Shown piece after piece: positions 1 through 12,473 of a stretch of 64,000 nucleotides of DNA. Origin of the DNA: Lama glama (taxonomy: Eukaryota); NCBI GenBank assembly GCA_028534125.1, contig CM052817.1, forward strand, positions 71,860,001-71,924,000. Direction: 5' to 3'. The position numbers were made by a program, and so were the translations under genes. Within the stretch, counting starts at the first letter, position 1. Each line of letters begins with the position of its first letter. The notes under the pieces were generated by a model. The model made no database searches and was not told the origin of the DNA. It was given only the letters and a program-made list of their open reading frames with translations.

Positions 1-4
1 TGAC

Positions 5-176
5 TGCGGGATCCTGAAGCACTTGGTGTTTACACAGATTCCCCCGCTGTGGTCGTCGCCGAGTGGTTTCATAAGTCCCCGGTTCGATGACGTTTTATAG
101 TTGTAGCTATACTTATTATTATAATCTCAGTGTTCAGGTTTTGATGCATTGAGATGAAAACTGCTCTGTTAGTAAG
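5..176 (-). pseudogene. PKD1-like exon remnant (exon 13 equivalent)
   Basis: Acceptor ctcttctgtctgctacag|CTT ACT. Starts LT like PKD1 LTASN; N13, E17, N37, TAG43-45 and V48 all match PKD1 N15, E19, N39, TAG45-47 and V50 at a constant two-residue offset. Confidence 0.7.
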
Positions 177-215
177 CTGTAGCAGACAGAAGAGATGGGA
201 CAAGTGAGGACTCAC

Positions 216-353
216 CAGAACTCAAATTCAGACGTGTTTAGATGACTTTGACTGCACACAAAGTCTGGCAGTGCTCTGGCTCCCCCAGCTCTCCACCCTA
301 AACTTCATGTGGACCATGAGAAAAAGCCACTGGCTAATGAGGTATGATGAATT
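216..353 (-). pseudogene. PKD1-like exon remnant (exon 12 equivalent, PKD repeat)
   Basis: aaacccag|...CTG|GTGAGT, 138 nt. Frameshifted HG/HMKFR/W vs AGSDMVFRW; VKVI* vs FNVIY; SEFEF vs AVFKL. Confidence 0.7.
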
Positions 354-463
354 CTGGGTTTAAGAAATAAGAGCATTTATATTGAGAACAAAGGGAAGTC
401 AGGAAGCCTGCTATACGAAATGCTATACGAAGTGGAGCTGATAATTTGAATAAGTAATAGAGG

Positions 464-775
464 TAATAACTAATGTTTATAGAGTGATTAGTTTATTTAG
501 CCATCATGCTAAACACTTTTGTATTGTTCATCACGTTTATTTTTATACTAGCATTATAAGGTAGATACTGTCATTTTACAAATGAGGACAGTGAGGTTTG
601 GAGTGATTATGTCATTGGCCCAAGGTCACTACCTGGTAAGAGCAAGAGATTCTAGTCACTGGCATGCAGAGTGAGTAGGAAATTACTTCATATCACATAG
701 GCATTAAATGTCACAGTTGGAATTTGAATCTCGATTTGTCTACCATCTCCAGAATCCCAAATGTTAACTAGTACA
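464..775 (-). mobile_element. MIR SINE fragments
   Basis: cattttacaaatgaggacagtgagg...cccaaggtcac is the reverse of the MIR core. Confidence 0.75.
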
Positions 776-1356
776 CTGAACTGGTGGTGACTGTAACTGG
801 AGGATCAGAATCCTCTGAGGGGAAGAAATATAGAACTTCCATGTGGAAAATTTCAAAAATCAAAAGAAAACTGCAGAGATAAGAAAAGCAAATATATTAT
901 CTAGGGGATGGAGAAAGTCAGAAATGCCTTAAGTGCTAGAGAGGAGGAAAAGAGAAATGATTGAATAAAAGACATCAGGAAAGCCCAGCTTCAGGATTTG
1001 TCCTGGGCAGCCCATTCCAGGAAAGAGAAAGATAAGTTCAGGGATATTTGTGAACAGTAGGAAAATTAATGCTCAGATGGTCACGATGGCCTAAGCCTAA
1101 TAAATCTAGGAATGTAGTTCGTAAGACTCTCCCTGAGATTCCAAAGATTCTAAAATATCTAAACTGAGTTTGAGTAGTTTTATTCTAGAACCAAAGAGAG
1201 ATGCAAGTAAGGACTGACTAATAAGAATATCCATGTTGCAGGAAAATGCACGTTGAGTGGGGAGTGAAATCTAGAAAAACCTGTTAGGAATCTGGTTATT
1301 GTGCTAAATCATGCCAGGCTCAAAGGAGAAACGAGATCTTGCCTATCATTACCTAC

Positions 1357-1693
1357 CTCTGCCTAGAGTGCACCCGAGTATCTCCATTACTGTTGTGAAG
1401 TCATTTGAAATTTACAGTGAGATGACTTCCTGCGCTGAAGAAGAAATCTTGCACGGAGGAGTGTCAGGAGGTGAATGAAAGGGAGAGAGAATGATCCCAA
1501 GGACACAGGCTGTGGGAGCAATGCTGGACCTTAGATGAGTTGCTGATGGTAGAACGTGAGCCAGGAGAGAACATCAGGGAGACTTCTGCAGAATCCATGT
1601 CATCATGGTGAGCCTGTTGCTGATCATAAAAGTTATTTCCAATTCAGCTTTGTCCCTTTGTCAAAAATGAGCCAAAATTGGCTTCACTTCAGC
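1357..1693 (-). pseudogene. PKD1-like exon remnant (3' part of PKD1 exon 11, PKD repeat)
   Basis: TFMISNRLTMM/MDSA vs LYVPTNGSALVLQVDSG; CPWD vs CPWE; FSAGSH vs LSEGEH; ISNDFT vs VENSAS. Donor GAG|GTAGGT. The exon may extend to about 1270. Confidence 0.65.
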
Positions 1694-2700
1694 CTTTTCC
1701 AGAAGGGATAGAGACACACAAGTGTATGTATGGATTCCCAGTTTTATGAAGCACAGAAGAAGCAAAAAAAAAAAAAAAAAAAAAAAAAAGAAAACTCAAT
1801 CCAGTTTCCTGTTTCCTGGTAAAAAATTCTCTTATTCTTTTGTGGTGTATGTAGAATAAGGAAACATGAGGAGTGGGTTCAAATAAAGAAAAATGATATG
1901 TGAGTTCATTGCAAGGGAGACCTCAGTTTGTGCTGTCACAGGAAAGCGGACTATCCCTGTAAATGCTATGGTATTTTTGAAAGAAAAGTTCAAGGGCACA
2001 CTGTCTTATTTTCCATCTCTATCCTGTGAGTCTCATAGTTACTTTAAAAAAAATAAATAAACTGGGAAGAAAAATTAGGATCCACAGAAATTAAAAACTA
2101 GAAAGGATCTAGAGGGTACACTCACCCTCAGCCTGTGTTTAAATTATTCCCAGAAAGATATCCAGTTACCCTCTTCGGGAAAGAGTCCCCCTTAGATCCC
2201 TTGTTAATGCATTTGGATGCTTCATAATTTCACATATACACTGAATAGCAGTCTATTGTGTAAACCCCAGGTACTGAAGAGAATAATGTCATATCATATA
2301 GCTCCAATTAATAGAAGGCATTTCTTCCAGACTCTTAAATATTTCATATGTCTTTTACTCTCAAAAATCTATATGAAAATATTATTAGCCCCATTAACAG
2401 ATAGAAAACTATGTCACAGAGACTTACAGAGAGTCAGCCCTGGCTATGCAGCACGGTGCTGAAAGAAGTAAGTTAAAGGCAAAGTCAGAAAATTCTACGT
2501 TCAAGGCTTTCCTAGCAGGCACGTCACTTCTTGGGGCTAGTTATTATCTGTCTGAGTAAAGTACATGTTTGATTGTAACTCTATCTGTCCTTCTGTTTGT
2601 CTGCCTGTGAGTAGTTTATCTTTTAATCCATCAATTTATCTCCTTGCTACTTTTTAAATACACCACAAGTTAACTGATGTTGATAAAATTTCACCCTTAC

Positions 2701-3026
2701 CATGAGTGCTACTTGAGCAGATTGAGATGGTTGTCACATTTTTCACATTTCCCATGTAACTAACAGTGCTGCCGCTGTTTAAGTGCCATGATTTTGTTCT
2801 TACCTGGAAACTGTACATGTACCACATCTGTCATGAGGGGACCGCCTCCACTTATTAGCACTTTTGATATTTACGCTGTCTCTTGGGAGGATGTTGATCA
2901 TTTTGTTCACTTCACTTGATATTCTAACAACTGCCTTTTTGTTTAGGTGTGTGCTTTCTCTCAGGTGTATTTAGTTTTGTTTCCCAAGCATTAAGTCACT
3001 GATTCACTTAAAAATATTTAAATTTC
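2701..3026 (-). pseudogene. PKD1-like exon remnant (internal part of PKD1 exon 11)
   Basis: Strong acceptor ccttttctttcag|G; donors at 2700 (ATG|GTAAGG) and 2803 (CAG|GTAAGA). VQFPGKNKIMAL/NSGS vs LRLPGRYEVRAEV/NGVS. In-frame stops and frameshifts present. Confidence 0.6.
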
Positions 3027-4635
3027 CTGAAAGAAAAGGTTGGCACAATCCTGGGACAAGTATGATTTTCCTTGCATCATCTTCATCTGGATATAAATGT
3101 TCTTTCTTTTCCAAATCCACATATTCCAACATTTGGGGAGTTTTTTTCTTGAATGTAATTTATGAACCCAAAGCAACAGGATTCTTACTCATTTTCCTTT
3201 TTGATATTTGCTCTCCTTATTCTCCCCTGAAGTAGTTCCTCCTTTCTCCCAGAGATGCATTCCAGGGAGCCTTTCATATTATCTTCCTCCTCACGGGAAA
3301 GCAACTGTGAATTGTACGGGTTAGAGCTACATCCTCTCAGTTCTTTATTCCTTTTGCCACAGTTGACAACTCATACTTCTCTTCCCGAAGCATTAATGTC
3401 ATTCTACTGGTTTCTGACTTACAAAACTCAAGGAGGGTTCACAAAAGTCAGTGAAAATAAAAATAATGCTTTTCATCTCGAAACCTTTATTTGTTGCTTT
3501 CCTAATTTTAGAAAGGAAACTCATGGCTTTCCTATATTCCCCTATATTTTAAAATTATGACACAAAACATATACCCTCTCCTCATCCTCTACCCTTTCCA
3601 AATCCACAAGAATATGTGGAATAGAGAGAAAAAAGAATCAAGAAAGGAAAAGGAATGACTCAACTCAACTAAAATGAGAAAAAAGCAGAGGCAGAATCTA
3701 GGATTGTGGGTCAACAAGATGGTTCGATTAATTTGGTAGATTCATTTTGTGGTAGTTTTTTACTCTGAGTTTTGGATGATGGAGATGTGTTTCTAGATCT
3801 TTAAAGGGCATAAGCTGAGTTTAAAAGGAAAGACTAAATACTTTAATTATACGCAAATGATCACATGAAAATGAAAGAAAAGAGAGATGGTTAAACAGAT
3901 GTGGTAGGGTACAGGGTTGGGGGAAGACAAGAATTTTTGAGAGTAGAACAGTTTGCAGGTTGACTTTAAGAGATTCTTTTTGAGTCTTTTGTTTCCCACA
4001 TTAAATTTAAATAGTATTACATTTTAAAGTTGAAAGTTTATTTCTAAATTCAGGTGAAGTTAACTTCTCACTTCCTTGACGATTTTGTTACACATAACTT
4101 GTATTGTAAGGAATACCATGATTTAGTTTAAATGTGCTATCTTAGTTTTTTCCTTTAAACATATCTTTTGGAGGTTTGAAAAAAGTAGGAAAGTGCATTA
4201 TTTCCAGGTCCTTCCAAAGATTATTTCACTGAGAAGCTGTAGTTCAGTCGTTGAGCTAGTTCTGACCTCAGAAGGCTCCCAGGATTTGAAGGAAGGCGGG
4301 GACGAGGATTTGAACCAGCTTCCAGGCTGCTCTCACTGGGCTTTACCACCTGAATCACACAGGTGAGGAGATTTGTGAGAGTTCCTCAAAAGAAGATACA
4401 TCCCCGGAGTTCCCCGCTTAGAGGTCACATAGCCCATGTAGAATGAGGAGCCTCCCAGGGCAGAGAAGCTCAGGGTGCGGCGCTGGGACAGAAGCAGTGG
4501 AGCCCCCGGGGTTCCTTCCCTGCTGTTACCAGGGACTAGACAGGGGTCGCTGATGCCCCCTCTAGGAATCTACTTTTTAAAAGTAATGTATTTATTTTGT
4601 AAATATTAAATTTTATTTATTTTTGAACAAGGACT

Positions 4636-4760
4636 CTTTTTGGGTGTGGGTGGGCAATGAGGTTTATTTATTTATTTATTTATTTTTAATGGAGGTGGTG
4701 GGGATTGAACCCAAGACCTCATGCACACTAAGCATGTGCTCTACCACTGAGCTATACCCT
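4636..4760 (-). mobile_element. tRNA-derived camelid SINE (Vic-1 type)
   Basis: Reverse strand agggtatagctcagtggtagagcacatgcttag...gggttcaatcccc (A and B boxes), then (TAAA)n tail. Confidence 0.9.
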
Positions 4761-5159
4761 TCTTCTGCTTCTGCATTCTGTTTATAGCTCATTCATTGGT
4801 CTATACTGGCCTGGCAAAGACATGCTATGTGAAGTTGAAGAGTAGGGAGGAAAGCACAAAAATCAACATTTCTTTGTGAAATAAGAAAAAATATATCAAT
4901 TATCTCTAAAATAGGATGAATTACTGATCTGGATAAAATTAAGTGACTTTAATTGATTCATTATGTCTGATTTCCTACCTCAGGTTATAAGCAGATATCT
5001 GAAAACTGTGAAGCTGATGTTATTCTAGATGTTCAAAATAACTGATGATTGAGGGGACTGTAATATAATAAACACTTCTCTCTCTCTCTCTCTTTTTTTT
5101 TTTTTTTTTTACTACTATTAGGGTTTAGTTGATAAACATTACTGTTAAGGTGAAAATAC

Positions 5160-5248
5160 CTCACTGCTTTGGAAGTCAGTGGCTGCGATTTTCATTATTA
5201 TTTTGCACTATGGAATTGTTTGGTTTTTTATTCCTGCCAGAATCATAC
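5160..5248 (-). pseudogene. PKD1-like exon remnant (internal part of PKD1 exon 11)
   Basis: ttttttatatag|G...GAG|GTATTT, 89 nt. YDSG vs HDAG; NRSH*LPK vs NASSWLPH (TGA in place of TGG). Confidence 0.6.
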
Positions 5249-6102
5249 CTATATAAAAAAATCTTACGACAAATAAGCTGTCATAAAACATTTAAGAAGG
5301 CTGAATCAGATCTCTCTATCCTAATTAGAAGTAAAATGAATGAAACTTTATGACTGTGTTTTATTTAATTTTTAACCCTTTTAAATCTAAAAAGACAGTT
5401 TAAAATAGTCACATAATTATGAATGTATTCTCTCTTTCTACACTCTGTATTCTATACATAGAGAAATAGATATGTGTTTAAGTATTTCCATAGGAGGTCC
5501 ATGTAAAGCATTATGATTTGAAATAGGCCTCTCTATATAAATGTGTGTATAAATATTTATGCACATTTATATATACATTATATGTCAACATTTCCTGTAA
5601 GTCCTATCTGCTTATAATTTTGACAACAAAAACAAATAAAGAGTAGGATAAATAATAATCAAAAGGGGAAAACTCTTTGACTCATTTAAAGAACTCAGAT
5701 ATAAATTCTTTTACATCACTTACAATTTATTTATCAAAGATCTTGTGTCATTCCCTTGTGAGCTCATGTAGGCGTAGCACAAAGTTTAACTGCATACTTC
5801 ATTCAGTGTAGGATGTTTTCTCTTTTTACAAAGCATTCTGAAGTGTGGATGAATTGTAAAAAGACAAGCAATCCAGTTCAGACTCTCCCTGCCTCTCCTA
5901 TCCCTAATCTTTTCATTCATAGAGGTGATTTTCCTATAAGAGTAATAGCTAGTTAGAATATGTTTAATAAAGGATTGACTCTTAATTTAAATAAGAATAA
6001 AGTCCCCATGGTAAGATTCTCAGTAAGGGTTATAAGGGAGCTTTTTATTTTTCCTCCCCAAGAACACCTTGGCACAGTTACACATAATTAAAAAAGTATA
6101 TG

Positions 6103-6282
6103 CCTTTAATCTGAAGCTGACTCTTCTTTGGAATAATGTTGGTGAGAGTTAATGAAAACCTCCTTGTCTCAGGCCAATTAAAAAAAAGGAAGTGACATGG
6201 TCTTAGTAGTATAAAGTGATACACTGAAATATTTTTAGATGCTGTATCATGTCCCAGTTTCAATCACTAGATTGTTTTGGCC
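6103..6282 (-). pseudogene. PKD1-like exon remnant (exon 10 / start of exon 11 equivalent)
   Basis: Acceptor cttctcag|GG. HFILLRPCHFLFFNWPETRRFSLTL vs PYALWREFLFSVPAGPPAQYSVTL. Donor degenerate (AAAG|GCATAT). Overlaps track ORF 6078..6263. Confidence 0.65.
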
Positions 6283-6882
6283 CTGAGAAGCTAAAAATAA
6301 TCCCTTTTCATTCATCCTAATACTCTATGTCAAAAGAGCTGGCTAATTACAGTATTGTATTGAAACTGTATTGAAAGTATAAGTTTGGAATGTATGAAAA
6401 ATGTTATTCCTCTCCATGAACATTAACTGTTTGGATCATATTCAGTATCTTTTGCTACTTGCTCTGTAAATTTATTTATGTGAAAAGAAATTGAAAATCT
6501 GTTTGTTGTCCTCTGTCATAATGAAGAGAAAACTCCTAAGTGATTTGACTACAGCTTGCTAAGCACGTTATATTTATTTTTAAGCACATTATCTATGAAA
6601 AGCAAAACAAACAAACAAACAAACAAAAACCAGGTAAGATGGCAGGACCGTTAGTGAAAGTGTAAATTAAAGAATATTTTAGAAGGAAGGCAGTTTTATT
6701 TTCTTTCAAGTGTACATATAATAACCTGAGTCAGGCTCCTAAGTGCTGCCTTCTTGAGCTAACTGTGCTCCTTCAGCTTAATTTTTGCAACAGGGAAGAA
6801 ATAAATATATGTATATATGTCAGCTTTCGGAGGCCATGGGCTAAGTATTAATTTTTGTGTTCCAAGCACAATTCCTTGATAC

Positions 6883-7008
6883 CAACAATTGCTATTTGCG
6901 GAATGGAAGAATAAATGGATCAAATGACAAACTCTTTGTGATGAAAATAATCAGGACTAAAAATGACTTATCTGGCAATTTTGATAATAATAACTATATC
7001 GGACTGAC
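6883..7008 (-). pseudogene. PKD1-like exon remnant (exon 9 equivalent)
   Basis: cccacag|GTC...TTG|GTATCA, 126 nt. SKLPDKSFLVLIIFITKSLSFDPFILPFRK*QLL aligns almost ungapped to LRLSREAFLTTAEFGTQELRRPAQLRLQVYRLL, with the stop at the Tyr position. Confidence 0.75.
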
Positions 7009-7289
7009 CTGTGGGCAGTATGGTTCATTTTTTTTTTTAATGTTTCACTCAAGTCAAATTGCCCATCATGGGTCTATTATATGGGTCCACAAATATGTCT
7101 TAGTGAGACAAACAAGCTCTTTACTAGACAATAGTTTGGGACTCTTTATGTTTTTTTCTTTAAAATTATTTTGCAGTTAAACATTCCGTTAATTCAGAGT
7201 AATGCTTCTCTCATTCTCAAGACTGGAGTAATAAGCTTTTCTTTTCATACGTCTAGGTTTTGGATGATGACCATAGCTCATATGTAATG

Positions 7290-7480
7290 AGTGTACTATG
7301 CTAGGCAATTTATTACATTGATACTATTATCGTCCTTATTTTGCAGATGAGAAAAGTAAGACTTAAAGAGGGACAGTAACTTTCCCAAGTTCTCACAGAA
7401 ACAGAGAGTGAGCAAACAGTTACAAGCTTGGATGCAAATCCAGGCCTGTCTGACTCCAGGGTCCAAATGTTCATGTTCAC
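7290..7480 (-). mobile_element. MIR SINE
   Basis: ttattttgcagatgagaaaag...agtaactttcccaag...caggcctgtctgactcc. Confidence 0.8.
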
Positions 7481-9144
7481 TTTCAACTGCCTCTGTTAAT
7501 GAAGAGTATAATTTTAGCACATGCACTTTTTGGGAGCTTCATAAATATAGTCAGGAGCCGTAGGGGTATTTTCTTGGATAACAGCTGTGGGGAAGGTTTG
7601 GACATGACAAAAAAAATCATCAGATATTAACAAACCACAAATTATTTTAGAAAACATTCATCATGCATCTTGATATCTTGGGGGGGGTGTAGAAAGTGGT
7701 CACATTAGGTAAATTTGAGGAAGGTGACTGTGACGATGGTATAGCTTTTCATTCTTAAGAATATGGACTGTCATTATTTTATTTAAACCACCTCTTGCAG
7801 CAGATTAGAGTGAGATTCCAGCTTTCAGCCTGGCTTCGGTAAGAAACAGAAGAGTCTATGTAACATTGCCTTCAGTCCTTGCATGCATTTCAAATATGAC
7901 TAATGAGATTCCTCTTCTGAGTCTGGAAAGGGGGCCCAGCTCCATTTAAAGGAACTTCAGAATCAGTTTCTCTGCTCCCTCCCTGATCTCCTGTCATCTT
8001 TTTGCTCATATCCAAATATTCTTGACATACATTCTACAGTTAGAGACAAAATAATTGAAAATCTGCTTCAGGCACCATTTTGGTATAAATAATTTCTGTT
8101 TAACCAGTAAACAATTATAAATGACAAGTTCCTTGCCTGGAAGGGTTACCAACAAGGGGGAAAAGAAAAGTACAGGAAAGCAGGTGAAAAGCGAACTTCA
8201 AACACTTTACAACTTTGTTTAAGGTCAACTCTGTTTACTTTCTCTGGGGCAGGTCAAACAGAAGGAAACAGCACATGCCAGAGAGCTGCCACTAAATGCC
8301 TTCCATACCTTCTCAAGCTGGGTCTTCACCATTTTCCAGGGGATAAGCATTCTTACGGTTTTCCCATTTTCCCCTTGAGCAAATGGATTCTGGAAGGTTA
8401 AGTGACTTGTTCAAGATTACATGGGGTTGGGATCGATCTTAGGTTGAACTGAATCCGGAACGCATACATTTCCTTTTCTAGCACCGTGTCTCCTTAGCAT
8501 GGTACAAACTCAGGTGTGCCTGGTGGCAGTGAGCCAGCTCTGCTTCAGATTAGTTATGCCAGGTTTCTCTCTTCTTTTCCTCCTCCTTCTTTTCCAATAG
8601 AGTGGACTTTGTATAAAACAGTTTAATTTTGTAGGGGGTTGTTAATTTTAGTATCACAGAGAGCTTCTGGGGATCCTTTTTAATTAGTTCAGTGGCTTAT
8701 TTTTCAATGTATTTATTTATCCATATACCCTTCTTTTTCCTGCCAAAAAGAAGGCATTGAACAGCGTTTGATGACTGAAAGACTAGCTGGGATAATATTA
8801 ATTTTCTCTGTTTCTAACCATGTGCATGCTGGGATTTAAGATATGCGTGAAATTTTCTGTAGAATCATAAGATGCTGAGGTTGGAAGAATATGCAAAGAA
8901 CATCTCAGCAACCCCTCATTTGTAGATAAGAAAACTGAGGCCCTGAAATGATAAGAGAATCATCCGAGGTCACATGAATGCTTATTGGTATTGTTGGGAC
9001 AGGTACCTGGTCCTCTTTTCTTGGCGTCACTATATAACCTATCACTTTAGCATTTTTCTCAATGAGGTGAGGGAGCCTGGGGTTCCAATACTGTACAACT
9101 TCATTATATTTCCCCATTTTTTCTCATTTGTCCTTCTGATGGAG

Positions 9145-9607
9145 TACAGTAGGTTGAATGGTGGTCCCCTAAAAAAATATATCCACATCCTATTCCCTGG
9201 AACTGGTGGATGTCAGTTTATCTGGAAAAAAGTCTTTGAAGACATAATTAATTTAAAGATAGTAAGATGATGAGATTATCCTGGATTATCTTGGTAGACC
9301 CAAGATCCAATGGCAAGTGTCTTTATAACAGAAGGGCAGAGGAAGATGAGACTGACTGAAGAGAAGAAAGGGGAGAAGGCGATGTGAAGGTGGAGGCAGA
9401 GATTTGGAGAAGCCAAGGAGCGCAGACAACCACCAGAAGCTGGAAGAGGCAGGGAACGATCCTCCCCTAAAGTCTCTGGAGACCGAACAGCCCTGCCAAC
9501 CCCTTGAAATCTGATTTCTGACCTCCAAAACTCTGAGAGAATAAATGTCTGTTTAAAGCCACTCAGCCTTTGATCATTTGTTATAGCAGCTGCAGGAAAC
9601 TAATACA
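9145..9607 (+). mobile_element. MaLR solo LTR (MLT1C/D-like)
   Basis: gagattatcctggattatc, ccagaagctggaagaggc, gagaataaat...ggaaactaataca; flanks tggag/tgggg. Confidence 0.9.
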
Positions 9608-10469
9608 TGGGGGAAGAGCTGATATGATAGAACTGATGTTATATAAAAAAAATCGTAGAACCGATGTCCTTTCTCTCACTGCTGACCTCACACACGCTAA
9701 GGGAGAGTGGGTGTCTGCTGATGGGAGTGGACAGTCAAAGAGCTTCAGGGACACATGAGAGTTTTTGTTGTGATATAGACAGGCAATAATGACCTTCTGG
9801 CAAATGACGGGGATTTTATTAAAAAATCTCTCAGAGAAAGATTGAGAACATCAAGTCGAATAAAGTGAAGGCATGAGAGAGGGACAGACTATTCCTTGTT
9901 TTGTGCTCACACCCTTTCAGATCGTGGTGCCCTCACCCTGCTTCCTGGATGTCCCTGAGCCCTTCTCACTAAGCCACTCCTCTCCGCCTTCTGCTAAGCT
10001 GTCTCAAACCTCTGTCTCCTTTCATCAGGGCTCTCTTCCTAGGGCTAACTCCCAACCCCCAATTAATTTGTTGCAAGGAGATAAAACTGATTATAACTCA
10101 TTGTTACCCTGTTTTAATAACATTTGTCTTTTACGACTGATCTTGGACCCATTAACCTGAGGAGAGAAGTCAGCGGGGGTTTCACGCAGGTTCCACATCA
10201 GCCTAAGGGAAAGACATTTTGGAGAGAGAGGAGCATTCCTCCTGCCCGTCCTGTCGTACTGCATCAAGTCCAGCCCAGTTCGCTAGCAGCATGGTGTGTA
10301 GGCAGTAGTACAGCCCCAGATGTATCGGAGAAGGAACCCTAAATATGGAAGAAGAAAAACTCTTCCATCCAGGTTGGATTTTCTCATGAATCCTGTTAGT
10401 GATGTAATTAATGTTGCTTTGCCTCCTGGTGAGCCTTCTATATGGACATGATTTTCTTTTTTCTCCTTC

Positions 10470-10660
10470 AATTACTTAACCCCTCTGTGTTTCAGTTTCT
10501 TTCTCTGTAAAGTGGAGATAATAATGGAACTTTCCTTATAGGTTTGTTGTGAGTTTAAATCAGTTAATCTGGGTTTATAACAGAAAGGTAGAGGGAGAAA
10601 GGCTTTTAGAGCAGTACCTGACACATAGTGAGAACTCAATAAATATTAGCTATTCTTATT
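10470..10660 (+). mobile_element. MIR SINE
   Basis: ttacttaacccctctgtgtttcagtttc...cctgacacatagtgagaactcaataaatattagctatt. Confidence 0.85.
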
Positions 10661-11074
10661 TTTTAAAGAGAAGCACCTCCTCTGACTTCTGATGTCTGTG
10701 AGGAGGGATCACCCTTATGTACCCCCAACTTTTGGCCCAATCCCTTACTCCCCTGGGAGATGTGTTTGCCTAGTGACAGCCATTATTCCAATTTCCTTGA
10801 TTGTGAGGAGCTACTCTACTAAAAGTCCTGAGCATGAAGGGATTTGGTGTCTTTCTCTTTCATTCTCCACTTGGAGAAATGGAGAGTGACCTGGGTAAAT
10901 GTGTCTGCCGTGTGGTCTCAAACTTGTCCTCAGATGAGCTGTTCTGAGGACTAGGCTGGGGATCAGAAGTGAACAAGTCAACTTTGGTTCTCACAGTAAG
11001 CAAAGTCCTCTAACCTAGTCTGTATCAGTAATAAAGTGGGTATTTTTGTTCATTAGCTGACTCTTTGGTCTTAC

Positions 11075-11154
11075 TTCTTATTGGTTCAATACTTCCTATT
11101 GGTTGAAGTCTCTTGAAAATACCAATAAGGTTATTATCATCAGGGAAACTTAAG
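11075..11154 (-). pseudogene. PKD1-like exon remnant (exon 8 equivalent)
   Basis: ccactgtag|...|GTAAGA, 80 nt. LSFPDDNNLIGIFKRLQPIGSIEPIR vs GPVQDAENLLVG...PLTPL...HEPVE. Confidence 0.6.
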
Positions 11155-11169
11155 CTACAGTGGATAGAA

Positions 11170-11260
11170 TTTTTTTTTTTAAATGGAGGTACTGGAGATT
11201 GAACCTAGGACCTCATGCATGCTAAGCATGAACTCTACCACTGAGCTATACCCACCCCTC
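11170..11260 (-). mobile_element. tRNA-derived camelid SINE (Vic-1 type)
   Basis: Same tRNA-like head with a poly(A) tail (T run at 11170-11180). Confidence 0.9.
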
Positions 11261-11619
11261 AAAACCTTGCTTGAAGAAAAAAAATCTGTGTTTCAGTAGG
11301 TGCTCCAAATGCTTCCCAGTGTTTGAAGGCAGAGTGTGAGGTTGAGGATTCCTGCCCTCTTGTATCTCCAGTTCAGAACTGACTTGTGCTCTTATCTTCC
11401 AAAACTTCCTAAGTCAATCAGCAATGAAAGAACACCGGAAGTCACTTCTTCCAACCCATGTGCTCCCCTCAAAGAAGCCTTTAAGGATTCACCAACAACT
11501 CCATGCTGTGGAATGAGAAAAGATGTGCAGCAGAGGGATCATAAACAGAAGATTTTTATTCCTGAGCAAGCAAAATGAAAATTCAGCAAACAAATCGAAG
11601 AATCAAGATAAAGACCTAA

Positions 11620-11818
11620 AAGATGAAATGGGAACACGAACTATATAACAATGAACATAAAACAAAATCCTCTCAGCACTCAGGCAATTACGCTGGTCCT
11701 GTGGTGAGTCAAAGTGAGCAAAATACTCCTTCAGAAGAAAGTGTTGATGCTTGCAGGAGTGTGAACATCTTGCATCTATATATTACTTTATACTGTAAAG
11801 TGCCCTCACATCTGTTTC
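11620..11818 (-). pseudogene. PKD1-like exon remnant: C-type lectin, C-terminal half (exon 7 equivalent)
   Basis: Acceptor ctcattttag|G. RCKMF vs SCQNW; TGPA*LPEC vs TGWCNTDLC (TG-x6-C spacing kept); FYV vs SYV. Lower boundary approximate. Confidence 0.5.
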
Positions 11819-11920
11819 CTAAAATGAGTTTTATATGAACTCTGTGGTGTTTGTAGGGGATTATAACAGATGTGGGGGAAAAAAAGGACACTCTGGACAG
11901 TAAAAAAATCATTGACTTAT

Positions 11921-12200
11921 AGCTGGTCAAATGATAGATGTCTGATCCAGTAACAGATGACAGTTCTCTGTCTTTTATTACATAACTGTTTCTACCACTT
12001 TTGGTAATGTTTGGAATAAAACTTAAGTTACTTTTTCTTTTTTAGTATCTTAGAGACTGTGACTCTGCCTTTCAAATTATGACATTGCAAAGAAAGTATT
12101 TCATTCTTTACCATTTTGGAAACACATGAGTTCTTCCACCAGCGCCTGAATTCAGAAGACTTCCATTCATTGGTTTATTAATGGGAGACTTGGATTTGCT
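11921..12200 (-). pseudogene. PKD1-like exon remnant: C-type lectin, N-terminal half (exon 6 equivalent)
   Basis: THVFP/NGK vs TEIFPGNGH; *KAESQS vs WLQAQEQC (TGA and TCT are each one change from TGG and TGT); SNLSFI; YWIR vs the lectin WIG motif. Followed by mutated donor ATAAGT (11920-11915). Acceptor unclear. Confidence 0.65.
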
Positions 12201-12473
12201 CATTTTAATAGTGGTTCAGAATAAGAGGATTATCTGTCTAATTATACTCAAGAGTGTTATAGAGAATGGTTCCATTGTAAAGGGTAGAAGATGTTATGAC
12301 TAGACACAGAAAAATTGAAGGCCTAAAATGAGTTAGCTTTGGGTTTTGTCACAGAAGCAATCTTGCTTTTAGGATTTACACCAGAGCCCTCAGATGTGGG
12401 TTAATAAAGAAATTAACATGGTACTTAAATCACAGAGATACATATATTTTAGAAAGTAGTGGTCAGTTCTTAC

